This document shows, piece after piece, positions 7,716 through 16,290 of a stretch of DNA of 29,705 nucleotides. Within the stretch, counting starts at the first letter, position 1, and every line of letters begins with the position of its first letter. The notes below the pieces were generated by a model that saw nothing but the letters and a program-made list of their open reading frames with translations, made no database searches and was not told the DNA's origin. The DNA comes from a virus (lineage: Duplodnaviria > Caudoviricetes), in the IMG/VR virus record IMGVR_UViG_3300047409_000115, positions 1 through 29,705 of that record; one strand, written 5' to 3'. Made by a program: the position numbers and the translations under genes.

Positions 7716-7749
7716 GGCACGGCCTTTCGTGAGGGGGATCGTCCGTCAC

Positions 7750-7787
7750 GCAATAGCCTGCTTTTACCACTCTGTCAATATGGTTAA
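7750..7787 (-). promoter_or_regulatory. Lysis-cassette promoter with adjacent TTAACCAT motif
   Basis: Minus strand reads TTAACCATA, TTGACA (7778-7773), 17 nt, TATTGC (7755-7750). Confidence 0.6.
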
Positions 7788-7806
7788 CGTCGCGGGAACC
7801 TCTGAA

Positions 7807-8739
7807 TTACGCCTTGGCGGTGTACCAATCCCACGTCGATCGCAGCCCGGTCGTGAGATTGATCTCGGGAGTGAAACCAAGCCCCTGAATGCGCCGGAGA
7901 TCGAGCCGACAATTGAGCCGGCCATTCGGTTTCGTCCGGTCGAAATAGATGCGATCCGGATTGATGCCCGAAATGTACGTCAAGGTATCCACTACGTCGC
8001 GAATGCTGTACGTCGCACCATAGCCGATGTTGATCGGCCCGGACCGGATGTCCTCTGACATGAGCAGTTGCACGACGCGGGCGAGGTCTTCGGAATGGAG
8101 AAAGTCGCGCTCGGGCGAGCCGTCGCCCCAGATAACGACACCTTCGCCGGTCCGCTTCCTATCAGCAAACTTGCGGATGAGGGATGGGATCACGTGACCG
8201 GTCTCCGCGTCGAACCGATCGCGGGGACCATAGATGTTGCCCGACACGATGTAAGTGAAGTTCATCCCGTAGCTCTGCTCGTAGGCTTCGAGCATCGCGA
8301 GCATGTGCCGCTTTGCGTGACCGTAGCCGGCCTCTCCCGCGTGCGGGCGACCGCTGAAGATATCGAGTTCGTTCCAAGGCGACGAAGCGTTCTCGGGATA
8401 GATCGCATTCGTCCCCATGACGGTCAGTTTGCGCACCGAGCCCGCCGCGTGGCATGCCTCGATCACGTTCGTATTGATCAGCGTGTTTTCGAGAATGGAC
8501 TTCCCCTGATTGGCCATGTTGCCGCCGAGGCCGTAGACGCACGCCGCCGCGTGGAACACGTGATAAGGCTTGACGCGCTTGAACCACTCTGCGGTGCTCG
8601 TGGGGTCGCGGAGATCGCAATCCTCACGGGTATGAGGGATCACGCAGGTATACAGCCCGTTGCGGAGCCGCTCGACAACGGCCGAGCCGACGAGACCGCG
8701 AGACCCGGTGATGACGATGGGGTCATTCTGCTTGATCAT
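7807..8739 (-). CDS. GDP-L-fucose synthase-like SDR (GDP-4-keto-6-deoxy-sugar reductase); epimerase Cys replaced
   Basis: GSRGLVG, HAAA, YGHAK, NIYGPRDRF, HVIPSLIRKF, WGDGSPERDF. GTNAIYP stands in place of GSSCIYP. Confidence 0.85.
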   Translation of the reverse strand: MIKQNDPIVITGSRGLVGSAVVERLRNGLYTCVIPHTREDCDLRDPTSTAEWFKRVKPYHVFHAAACVYGLGGNMANQGKSILENTLINTNVIEACHAAGSVRKLTVMGTNAIYPENASSPWNELDIFSGRPHAGEAGYGHAKRHMLAMLEAYEQSYGMNFTYIVSGNIYGPRDRFDAETGHVIPSLIRKFADRKRTGEGVVIWGDGSPERDFLHSEDLARVVQLLMSEDIRSGPINIGYGATYSIRDVVDTLTYISGINPDRIYFDRTKPNGRLNCRLDLRRIQGLGFTPEINLTTGLRSTWDWYTAKA

Positions 8740-9695
8740 GCTTTCAAGTCCCTGTTCCGGATTTGGTGCGCCATGTTGCCGGCGCGTTGAATGTGCGCGA
8801 GTTGCATCGCGGCGCGCTGCTGTGGCGATGGTGTGTGAACGCCAACTCTATGGTTGGGGTCGGGGTAGCTCGGGACGTGCTGACGATATCGCGCGTCATA
8901 GCGTTCGATCCCGGGGAGAACGTCGAGAAGCCATCTCGCCTCCTTGATGAGGCTGGGCATCTTGCTCATGAGGTAGTCGGTCTCCAGCATGAGCGTAGCG
9001 CGGGCGATGAGTTCGTCGCGGCTCAGGAGCGCAGGCCAATTGAACGCACCGTGGAAGCCGAAGTGATTCGGATTGCGTCGCCCTAGCTCCCATGAGAAGT
9101 GCGACGCGACCATGGCGTTCGGCCATTTGAAGCCGGCCGCCTCGTAGTGGCCACGCTGCTTGCGGCAAACGTCCACATCTGTGGCGACGGGAAATTTCGC
9201 ACGGTTCTCGATAATAAAATCACCGAGGCGCTTGGACATCAGCGTAAAGCCGCCGTTGCCGACGTCGTAAGGGTCGCCCGGCCGCACGGTCCACGGGGCG
9301 CCGATGTAGTCGTAATCGAAAAACTCCGGCCGCCACTTGCCCGGGTCGAAGATGCCGCCATCCCATTCGAGCAGGAGCGCATAATCCGTCGTCACGGCGC
9401 CCATCGCGCGAGCATAATAGAACTCGCCGGCCTCGCGTTTGTTGGGAAAGTCGACGCACGGTATAAAGCGTGGGGCGGGGTAGCAGACTTGGAGATCGTC
9501 CGGCTCCCCTTCCATGATCAAGGGTGAGCCTCGGAGGATGGGAATTTCCGGGACTTGGATCAGCTCGGGCTTGTCGGTGAAGACGATGACTTGCCCGAAG
9601 TCCGCCTTACGCATGCAGTCCTCGATCACCCGGGCCGTGATCTTGTGCGCCCGGGTCTCCACGAAGAGGAGGGTCGTGTTGGTCAGATCGAGCAT
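8736..9695 (-). CDS. DUF5672-like putative glycosyltransferase (start reassigned to ATG 9695)
   Basis: EWDG, FFDYDYIGAPW, VGNGGFTL and FGFHG motifs. GGGAG RBS before MLDLTN. Confidence 0.8.
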   Translation of the reverse strand: MLDLTNTTLLFVETRAHKITARVIEDCMRKADFGQVIVFTDKPELIQVPEIPILRGSPLIMEGEPDDLQVCYPAPRFIPCVDFPNKREAGEFYYARAMGAVTTDYALLLEWDGGIFDPGKWRPEFFDYDYIGAPWTVRPGDPYDVGNGGFTLMSKRLGDFIIENRAKFPVATDVDVCRKQRGHYEAAGFKWPNAMVASHFSWELGRRNPNHFGFHGAFNWPALLSRDELIARATLMLETDYLMSKMPSLIKEARWLLDVLPGIERYDARYRQHVPSYPDPNHRVGVHTPSPQQRAAMQLAHIQRAGNMAHQIRNRDLKA

Positions 9696-9705
9696 TCGTC
9701 GCTCC

Positions 9706-10572
9706 CTACGCCTTGAGGCCAGAGCTTCCTTGCACGGGTTGGCCGGTGACGTCAAGAGGCCCACGCCCGATCTTCGGCGCCGGAAAGAACCTCGGTTCGT
9801 AGCCCGGATTGCGCACGAGGAAATCCTTGTGTAGCTCCGCGAGGTGGCGGATTGCAACTGAGTTCTTGATCGAGTGAAGGACGCTCGTGCCGTTGTTGGC
9901 GACCGCGTCCGACGCGATCTTGATGCCCATGGCGTAGGTCTGGAGATCGGCGGCCGAGGGATTCTTCTTGCGGAGGTCGATCGAGATCGGGCACGAGATC
10001 GCGTCGAGCAGCCGCTTCCAAGGGAGGCCGGCGACCATGGTGAGCTGCACCATGTAATAGTCGATGAACGGCATCACGGGCGTAGCTTGCACGTCCGGAT
10101 GATCCTTCACGGCGAGCATGGCTTCGATGCTCTTGCGGCTCAGGAAATACGGCGGCTGGAATGCGACGTGAGGCCAGCCCCGCTTGAACGTGGTTTGGTG
10201 CTCGGGGATGGCGTCGTTGACCTGATTGGACCAAACGACGTCGGGCTCATCGTAGAGATATTGCGGGAGCTTCGGATCGAGCAGGACGCTGTCGGCGTCA
10301 TGGATGAGAAACGTATCCTCGGGAAACTCCAGCAAGAGCCGGAGGTGCTCGGCCTGTCGATCGAGGCTGTCCTGCCCGATGTAGGCGCGCTTGCCGCCGT
10401 AGCGGCTCGTCACGCCCGGATAGTTGACTTCGACCCGGCTGTCATCGGGTGAGAGGACCGTGAGGGGCAATTCGTGATGGAGGAAGAACTCCAACGCCTC
10501 GATAACTTGATGTCCATCGCCTTCATAGCAACAGACCGCGACGCGAGTATTCCGTCCATCATTGACGCCCAT
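9706..10572 (-). CDS. Putative GT-A fold glycosyltransferase
   Basis: FLIHDADS DxD motif after a hydrophobic strand. AAGGAG RBS before ATG 10572. Cluster context. Confidence 0.6.
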   Translation of the reverse strand: MGVNDGRNTRVAVCCYEGDGHQVIEALEFFLHHELPLTVLSPDDSRVEVNYPGVTSRYGGKRAYIGQDSLDRQAEHLRLLLEFPEDTFLIHDADSVLLDPKLPQYLYDEPDVVWSNQVNDAIPEHQTTFKRGWPHVAFQPPYFLSRKSIEAMLAVKDHPDVQATPVMPFIDYYMVQLTMVAGLPWKRLLDAISCPISIDLRKKNPSAADLQTYAMGIKIASDAVANNGTSVLHSIKNSVAIRHLAELHKDFLVRNPGYEPRFFPAPKIGRGPLDVTGQPVQGSSGLKA

Positions 10573-11569
10573 CAGCAAGCTCCTTCACATCTGCCGCAAC
10601 CATTTCCTTGACGAGCGCGCGGAACGTCGTCTTGGGTCTCCAGTTGAGGACACGCATAGCCTTTGTCGCGTCGCCGCGCAAGAGGTCAACCTCGGTGGGC
10701 CGAAAGTATTTCGGATCGATCCTGACGACGGCCTGTCGGCCGCTGTAGCCGACTTCGTCAACGCCGCTGCCCTCCCACACGATGGTCGCGCCGATTTCGG
10801 CGAAGGCCGCCTCAACGAACGATCGCACGGAATAGGCGTGGCCGGTGGCGATCACGTAGTCATCGGGCTTGTCTTGCTGGAGCGCCAGATACATCGCCTC
10901 CACGTAGTCGCGAGCGTGGCCCCAGTCCCGCTGGGCGTCGAGGTTGCCGAGATAGAGGCAGTCCTGCTTGCCAGCGGAGATCGCGGCGACGGCGCGCGTG
11001 ATCTTGCGCGTGACGAAGGTCGGGCCGCGCCGGGGGCTCTCGTGATTGAATAGGATGCCGTTGGAGGCGTGCATACCGTACGCCTGCCGATAGTTCACGG
11101 TCATCCAATAGGCGTAGAGCTTCGCGGCGGCATACGGGCTGCGCGGTTCGAACGGCGTGTCCTCATCGCGGAAGTAGGAGCCCGAGTTTCCGAACAGCTC
11201 CGATGTCGAGGCCTGATAGATGCGCGTGGCCAATCCGAGGGTCTTGACGGCCTCCAGAACGCGCATGGTGCCGAGCGCGTCGGCATTCGCCGTATATTCG
11301 GGCGTCTCGAAGCTGACTTGCACGTGAGACTGTGCAGCGAGATTGTAAACCTCATCCGGTTTGATCTCGTTGATCAGTCGGAATAGGTTGGTCGCGTCCG
11401 TCATGTCGCCGTGGTGGAGGTGAAGCTCGGGGATGTGATCGACACGCGCGGTATTGAAGCTTGATGCACGACGCTTGATGCCATGCACCTCGTATCCCTT
11501 GCTGAGCAAAAGCTCAGTGAGATAACTGCCGTCCTGCCCGGTCACTCCGGTGATGAGAGCTGTCGTCAT
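10559..11569 (-). CDS. gmd: GDP-mannose 4,6-dehydratase
   Basis: [49 protein letters not shown] and FRPTEV motifs, all intact. Confidence 0.97.
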   Translation of the reverse strand: MTTALITGVTGQDGSYLTELLLSKGYEVHGIKRRASSFNTARVDHIPELHLHHGDMTDATNLFRLINEIKPDEVYNLAAQSHVQVSFETPEYTANADALGTMRVLEAVKTLGLATRIYQASTSELFGNSGSYFRDEDTPFEPRSPYAAAKLYAYWMTVNYRQAYGMHASNGILFNHESPRRGPTFVTRKITRAVAAISAGKQDCLYLGNLDAQRDWGHARDYVEAMYLALQQDKPDDYVIATGHAYSVRSFVEAAFAEIGATIVWEGSGVDEVGYSGRQAVVRIDPKYFRPTEVDLLRGDATKAMRVLNWRPKTTFRALVKEMVAADVKELADGRQ

Positions 11570-11572
11570 TGA

Positions 11573-11683
11573 TCATCTCCCGCCGCATGTCGAGAGCATC
11601 AGCACCAGAGCCGTCGCCGCAAGAAATAGCGACCACGGAAAAAGCCTCTTAACCTTCGGGTCTACGTCTCGGTAATTCTTCAT
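11573..11683 (-). CDS. Small 36-aa membrane peptide (not in ORF track)
   Basis: TGATG overlap with the upstream gene and GGGAG RBS. Sequence MKNYRDVDPKVKRLFPWSLFLAATALVLMLSTCGGR. Fills the gap before gmd. Confidence 0.55.
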   Translation of the reverse strand: MKNYRDVDPKVKRLFPWSLFLAATALVLMLSTCGGR

Positions 11684-12315
11684 CAGGCCTGCTCCCCTAT
11701 TCTGCGCTTTGCCCCGTGCGCTTCAATTATATCCTGCCTAAGCCACTCCACGGTCGGAGCGCCTAGCTGCTGTTGCGTCCAGCCGCCGAAGCTTCGGACG
11801 TAGGGACGAAGCTCCGGGATGCGCGCATTCCAGCCCCTCTGAAATCCGAGTGCTGCATTCCACGCGATCTTGCGAACGAAGTGGTCGCCCTCCACCGTCA
11901 TGTGCACGCCGCACAGAACTATATGAACATGCCCTTGCTCGCGGGCGATCTTGGTGCAGAAGAGGCCGGTAGAGCCCGACCAATCCCGCGTCCAGTTGGT
12001 GACATCGTATCGATTCTGATGCCCCCACACCTTCGGCGGCTCGTTGAAGCCCGACGCTCTTCGACGGGGGAGCCACAGCCTTAGCTTCTCAGGGTGGAGG
12101 GTGACAGCATGATCGATGTCGTGAGGGAAAAACTCTATCATGTCATTGCCGGCGAAGACACTGGCATTTCTGCCGGCCGCAGCGCACATCGCCCGGGCCT
12201 GCTCATACTCCGCGAACGGGTCTCCGCCTCCACCCATGACGATGGCGACGTCTTGCGTTGTGGGGACATCGATCATAAGAGGAGCGACAGGCGGGCGCAT
12301 GACGTATGCGATCAT
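11683..12315 (-). CDS. Putative glycosyltransferase (DUF115/MptE/sialyltransferase-like Rossmann fold)
   Basis: AIVMGGG, FAGND and SGSTGLF...AREQGHVHIVLCGVHM pattern. Confidence 0.6.
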   Translation of the reverse strand: MIAYVMRPPVAPLMIDVPTTQDVAIVMGGGGDPFAEYEQARAMCAAAGRNASVFAGNDMIEFFPHDIDHAVTLHPEKLRLWLPRRRASGFNEPPKVWGHQNRYDVTNWTRDWSGSTGLFCTKIAREQGHVHIVLCGVHMTVEGDHFVRKIAWNAALGFQRGWNARIPELRPYVRSFGGWTQQQLGAPTVEWLRQDIIEAHGAKRRIGEQA

Positions 12316-13256
12316 GGGGCATTCTTCTCCACGAAGTCGAGGAGCGCCGAGCGAGCCACGCTCATGTCAATGGTTTTGTCGCATGCCCGCTTGCACACCG
12401 AGGTCCAGCACCCGCACTCCCGGACCGGCCCGATCGCGAGATACGGCGCGAACTTCTTCCCGCTGTCGTGACACCCGGTGCTCTCGTAGCCGCCAACGAT
12501 TGACACGGTCGTAGTTTCGACCGCCGGCCCGAGGATAGCCGCGAATCCGCTGGATGTGAAAACCATATTTGCCTGCGCGAACAGCGCGGCCATCTCCTCG
12601 AAGACTAGCTCGCCTTTATGCAGCGCCAAGTCGGGAGCGGGGCCGGATGGCGACACAAGCCATTCTCTCCCGTCTTCGAGATCGGCGACAGAGACGACGA
12701 AGAACTTGTCGCGGATCGAGGCGAAGAGTTCTTCGTAGGCCGCCGGATCAGCGTTTCGAGCAATTGAACCCTTCCACTCATGTCGGGCGACGAGCGGACG
12801 ATACACGAGCCAAGGATATTGTTCGGCTCGCGCGGGAAGAGGCCCGAGTTTTTCCCAAAGAGCAGCTTCCCATACTCTCGGAACAGGAAGTCTGAAATCT
12901 GCTTGCTCGTAATCCGTACCAGTGGCATCGCACATCGCCTCCAAGATCGTCTTGCTCTTCGAGCCGAGGATTTGATCGGCCCCGTATGAGATGCGCACGC
13001 CGCCCCGGGCGAAAGCGTGACGCGGCGAAAACAGAACGCACTCGCTCTCACGGCTGGCGTTCTTGGTCTGCGTCCGCAGTGCAACCGGGCGCCGCGTAAC
13101 ACAGAGCCCCTCCTCGATCAAGTCGTGATAGATCGAGGGCCATGACGTCTCCAGCGTGATCGAGTAGCGTTGCATCAACTGGCGGAGCACTGCCCGCTGA
13201 TGCAGACAGTCGCCCATACCGTGCATGCCTTGGATGTGGAGGGAGGGCTTTGTCAT
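12312..13256 (-). CDS. Putative GT-B (family 9-like) glycosyltransferase
   Basis: GMGDCL N-terminal motif, MAALFAQANMVFTSSGFAAILGPAV, Cys-rich C-terminus. Confidence 0.7.
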   Translation of the reverse strand: MTKPSLHIQGMHGMGDCLHQRAVLRQLMQRYSITLETSWPSIYHDLIEEGLCVTRRPVALRTQTKNASRESECVLFSPRHAFARGGVRISYGADQILGSKSKTILEAMCDATGTDYEQADFRLPVPRVWEAALWEKLGPLPARAEQYPWLVYRPLVARHEWKGSIARNADPAAYEELFASIRDKFFVVSVADLEDGREWLVSPSGPAPDLALHKGELVFEEMAALFAQANMVFTSSGFAAILGPAVETTTVSIVGGYESTGCHDSGKKFAPYLAIGPVRECGCWTSVCKRACDKTIDMSVARSALLDFVEKNAP

Positions 13257-13888
13257 GCGACGAAGAAAACCCTTCGCTTGTTCGGGACGACGATGTCAGG
13301 CGGGATGCCCCATGCGGAGAAGCCTGACGGCAGATCGGAGGGAGCTGGATTGAGCGTGGCCGTCTGCCCTACTCCAGCCAAACGAGCGGAGGGAAAATAG
13401 ATGTCGGCTGCCTTGATGATCCGTCCGTTGGTGTTCGTAGCGGGGTTGCCGCTGTTCTGCCACGCGTTGCTGTTCTGGGTGCTGACCCTGAACCAATACG
13501 TCATGTTGTCGAAGTCGACGGCGAGGTCAATGTTGCTGAGCGTCGAGACCGCGCTGAAGTCCGTATTGAAGAACGAGCTGGAGCCCGTGCCGCTGAACGA
13601 CTTTCCGTCCTCCACGAGGACGACTTGCTTGTGGCCGCCAGAGAAGTTGATCAGGTCGCCATCCCCGGGGAGGAGCCCCACCCAATCGCGGTTATCCGGA
13701 ATGTTCGTCGTGTTGAGCAGGACGTTCGTGAAGCCGATGACGTACTTCCCGCCATCGGCCGAATCCCGCGCCACCGTCGCACGAACGCCCTGCTTGAAGT
13801 CCTCGTCGTTGACCGTCACGGTCATGTCGCTCCCGGAGAACACTAGCCCGGGAGTTGAGTCGTCAATATTCCATGTCGAGAATGTCAT
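13253..13888 (-). CDS. SPRY/ConA-like lectin-domain virion protein (tail tip or receptor-binding candidate)
   Basis: STWN, GVRAT, GKY, LAVDFDN..YWF, NPAT and PSGFSAW pattern. Asn/Ser/Thr-rich. Confidence 0.65.
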   Translation of the reverse strand: MTFSTWNIDDSTPGLVFSGSDMTVTVNDEDFKQGVRATVARDSADGGKYVIGFTNVLLNTTNIPDNRDWVGLLPGDGDLINFSGGHKQVVLVEDGKSFSGTGSSSFFNTDFSAVSTLSNIDLAVDFDNMTYWFRVSTQNSNAWQNSGNPATNTNGRIIKAADIYFPSARLAGVGQTATLNPAPSDLPSGFSAWGIPPDIVVPNKRRVFFVA

Positions 13889-13891
13889 GGG

Positions 13892-14734
13892 CTATTCCGT
13901 CAGGAGCGCGACGAAGGTGAACGAGATATCCGCGAGCGTGGCGTCTTGAAGCGCCGGAGCGGTCACCGTGATCGCGTCGCCCGGGATGAAGTTGATGGAC
14001 GACGGAAAGTCGACCGTGATGAGCGGAGACGGAGCGAACGTGATCGTGCCGATCTCCACTCCGCTCTTGTCGATCGTGAAGGCGGACACGGACGTCGCGT
14101 TCACGCGAGAGTAGACCGCAGACCCTTCTAGGTTGGCGGGAATAGTCATGTGATCCACGACAAGGTACTGCATGACGAGTTCGGCGGCGTCCGGCTTTCC
14201 GAAAATCTGCGGCGCGAGCCGAATCTTATCGCTGACCCACGCCGACCCGAACGGGCTGTCCGCCGTTCGTTCAAGCCGCTGCCCGATCGTGCCGCCGTCC
14301 GGGAGCGCGTTCTGCGGCTCCGCGAGCAGGAGCGTATAGAGGAAATTGCTGACGCCGTCCGTCGCGTTGGGATTGAAGGGCGCAACCGCCGTGTGCTGGA
14401 CGTTGACGATGTAGAGCGCGCCTCGGGCGGAGATCACGTCGAGGGGATAATAGATTTGACCCGCCAAGAAATCCCCGCGAGGAGTCCACAGCGTTGTCGG
14501 GACGACGAACGGCCCTTGCACGGTGTGATCCGTGAGGTGGATGAACAGTTGGTTTCCGCCGACGAGGGTGATGAAGTCGATACCGACAGCGCTGTTAGGC
14601 GCCGTCTCCAACGCATTGACCGCGAAGAAAAGCTTCCAGAAGTTCAGATCGATCGTGACAGCCGCGAGATCGGAGCCCTGACCGGTGCCCCAACGTGTGC
14701 CGTCATCTGTGCGGAATACGAGAGATTCAACCAT
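13892..14734 (-). CDS. Tail fibre or tip-associated structural protein
   Basis: AAGGAG RBS. WTPRGDF...YYPLDVI CBM-like segment and C-terminal beta-rich domain. Confidence 0.6.
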   Translation of the reverse strand: MVESLVFRTDDGTRWGTGQGSDLAAVTIDLNFWKLFFAVNALETAPNSAVGIDFITLVGGNQLFIHLTDHTVQGPFVVPTTLWTPRGDFLAGQIYYPLDVISARGALYIVNVQHTAVAPFNPNATDGVSNFLYTLLLAEPQNALPDGGTIGQRLERTADSPFGSAWVSDKIRLAPQIFGKPDAAELVMQYLVVDHMTIPANLEGSAVYSRVNATSVSAFTIDKSGVEIGTITFAPSPLITVDFPSSINFIPGDAITVTAPALQDATLADISFTFVALLTE

Positions 14735-14761
14735 TTGGGCGCTCCTTCGGGGCCGGCGGCC

Positions 14762-14790
14762 CGTATATCAGATATGGTTAATTTGAGCAA
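14762..14790 (-). promoter_or_regulatory. Internal promoter with TTAACCAT motif, upstream of the fibre and glycan genes
   Basis: Minus strand TTGCTC, 17 nt (containing TTAACCATAT), TATACG, in an AT-rich intergenic gap. Confidence 0.5.
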
Positions 14791-14798
14791 GCGCTCTT

Positions 14799-16040
14799 TT
14801 AGACTGGGGTGATGGTGAGCGTCGCGGTGTTGATCTCGAAGGTCTGCGAACCCGGGAGATCGAAACTCAGGTTTTGGACGTTGGTCGCGTTGGCAGTGAG
14901 GATCACAGGGTCAGCCGGAATGAAAGTGCCGGCAATCATGGTGTCGGTATCCATCACGTAAAGGAAGCCGGTTGAGCCCGCATTGGTCGGGCTGTTGTAG
15001 GTGATCGTGATCCGGAACGTGCTCCCGAAAAATTCGTCCATCTTCAGGAGCGTGTCAACACAGGAGCCCGCCGACGACGAGCAATTGACCGAGAAGCCCG
15101 TGACCGCACCGCCAGCGCCCGTGGGATACGGATTATCGAGGCCATCGTCAGTCACGGTGTATGGACCATTGAAGGTTGGGTCCGGGGTTAGGATGCCGCC
15201 GGTGATTGGCGAGTATCCGGGATCACCGTCTGTCGTGTCGAATGTCACCGAGAAATTTACGAGCGCGTCAGACGCAGCGTTGGCGTGAAGCTTGAAGCCG
15301 AACCACTGATCGCCGCCGGTCTTGACCCGCCGGAGCCACCATAGCGGCCCCATGGACACGAGAGCATCGTTATTGGTCGCGACGCCAGCGGAGCCACTCA
15401 AGAATTTGAAGTAGACATTCTTGTCAGAGTTCTCGGGCGGTGTCGGCCCGCTATCCGTGCCGGTGTAGCCGAACGGAGTTGTGAACGACGACGCGCGGCC
15501 GGGCGGCGTGCCGTCATCCGTCGAGGCCATATCGATGATCAGCTCCCGCCCGTTCTGCGAACGAAACGAGAGCATGTCGCACCGCTCGACCTTGATAAAA
15601 TTTTTGGGGTTCGGACCTTTTCCGACCTTCTCGTTATGTGTGCGGCGAGTTGACGTCTCCCCGCCGGTCCCGTCCGTCTTATTGAACGGCACGGAGGCGG
15701 CGCTCGGCATGTTCAAAATCCACTCCGCGCCGTTCGCATCCCGGAAGGCGATGCAGTCCAAGACCTCGATCGCGTAGAAGCGTCGGCCATTGCTGCTCGT
15801 GACCCGCTTCATGTGCGAGAGCCGCGTGCCGGCGCCCGGGTTCTTCGCCGAACCGCTCCCGATCGTGTCCTTGATGACCGGCTCGACATTGCTCTGATTG
15901 AAGTCGAGGATCACCTCGCGGTTGTTCGGCTCCCGAAACGATATCGCGTCGAGCACTTCCACATCGACAAACCGATTCGGGTTCTTCGTCCCGGATGACC
16001 TGTCAAAGATGCGAACGATGTGGGTCCTGCGTGTGGCCAT
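14799..16040 (-). CDS. Tail structural protein with three N-terminal repeats
   Basis: TAATG overlap. Three TR-x-x-H...E-x-x-D-x-x-x-FR-x-x-N repeats. G/T/S-rich C-terminus. Confidence 0.7.
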   Translation of the reverse strand: MATRRTHIVRIFDRSSGTKNPNRFVDVEVLDAISFREPNNREVILDFNQSNVEPVIKDTIGSGSAKNPGAGTRLSHMKRVTSSNGRRFYAIEVLDCIAFRDANGAEWILNMPSAASVPFNKTDGTGGETSTRRTHNEKVGKGPNPKNFIKVERCDMLSFRSQNGRELIIDMASTDDGTPPGRASSFTTPFGYTGTDSGPTPPENSDKNVYFKFLSGSAGVATNNDALVSMGPLWWLRRVKTGGDQWFGFKLHANAASDALVNFSVTFDTTDGDPGYSPITGGILTPDPTFNGPYTVTDDGLDNPYPTGAGGAVTGFSVNCSSSAGSCVDTLLKMDEFFGSTFRITITYNSPTNAGSTGFLYVMDTDTMIAGTFIPADPVILTANATNVQNLSFDLPGSQTFEINTATLTITPV

Positions 16041-16276
16041 TACGTCTTCAACTTTCCGGTGGTCATGTCAAAGTTAGTAGGCGCCGCCTCTTTATGGACG
16101 TTCGTCATGTAGGAGGTCAGCGTCGAGCCGCCGCTGTAGGAGAACGTCTTCGTGCCGCCGCGTGCGCCCACGACAAAGCGCACCATCGGCGCCGAGACAG
16201 GCGAAGATGGTTTGAGCGGAGTCGGTGTAACGTCGGCGCCGACGAACGGGCGAATGACGCCTTCCATTCCAGCCAT
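16040..16276 (-). CDS. Small tail protein (start reassigned to ATG 16276)
   Basis: GGGAG RBS after the stop of the 853-aa gene. Begins MAGMEGVIRPF. The longer ORF call overlaps the hub gene. Confidence 0.7.
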   Translation of the reverse strand: MAGMEGVIRPFVGADVTPTPLKPSSPVSAPMVRFVVGARGGTKTFSYSGGSTLTSYMTNVHKEAAPTNFDMTTGKLKT

Positions 16277-16290
16277 TGGCTTGGTTCTCC

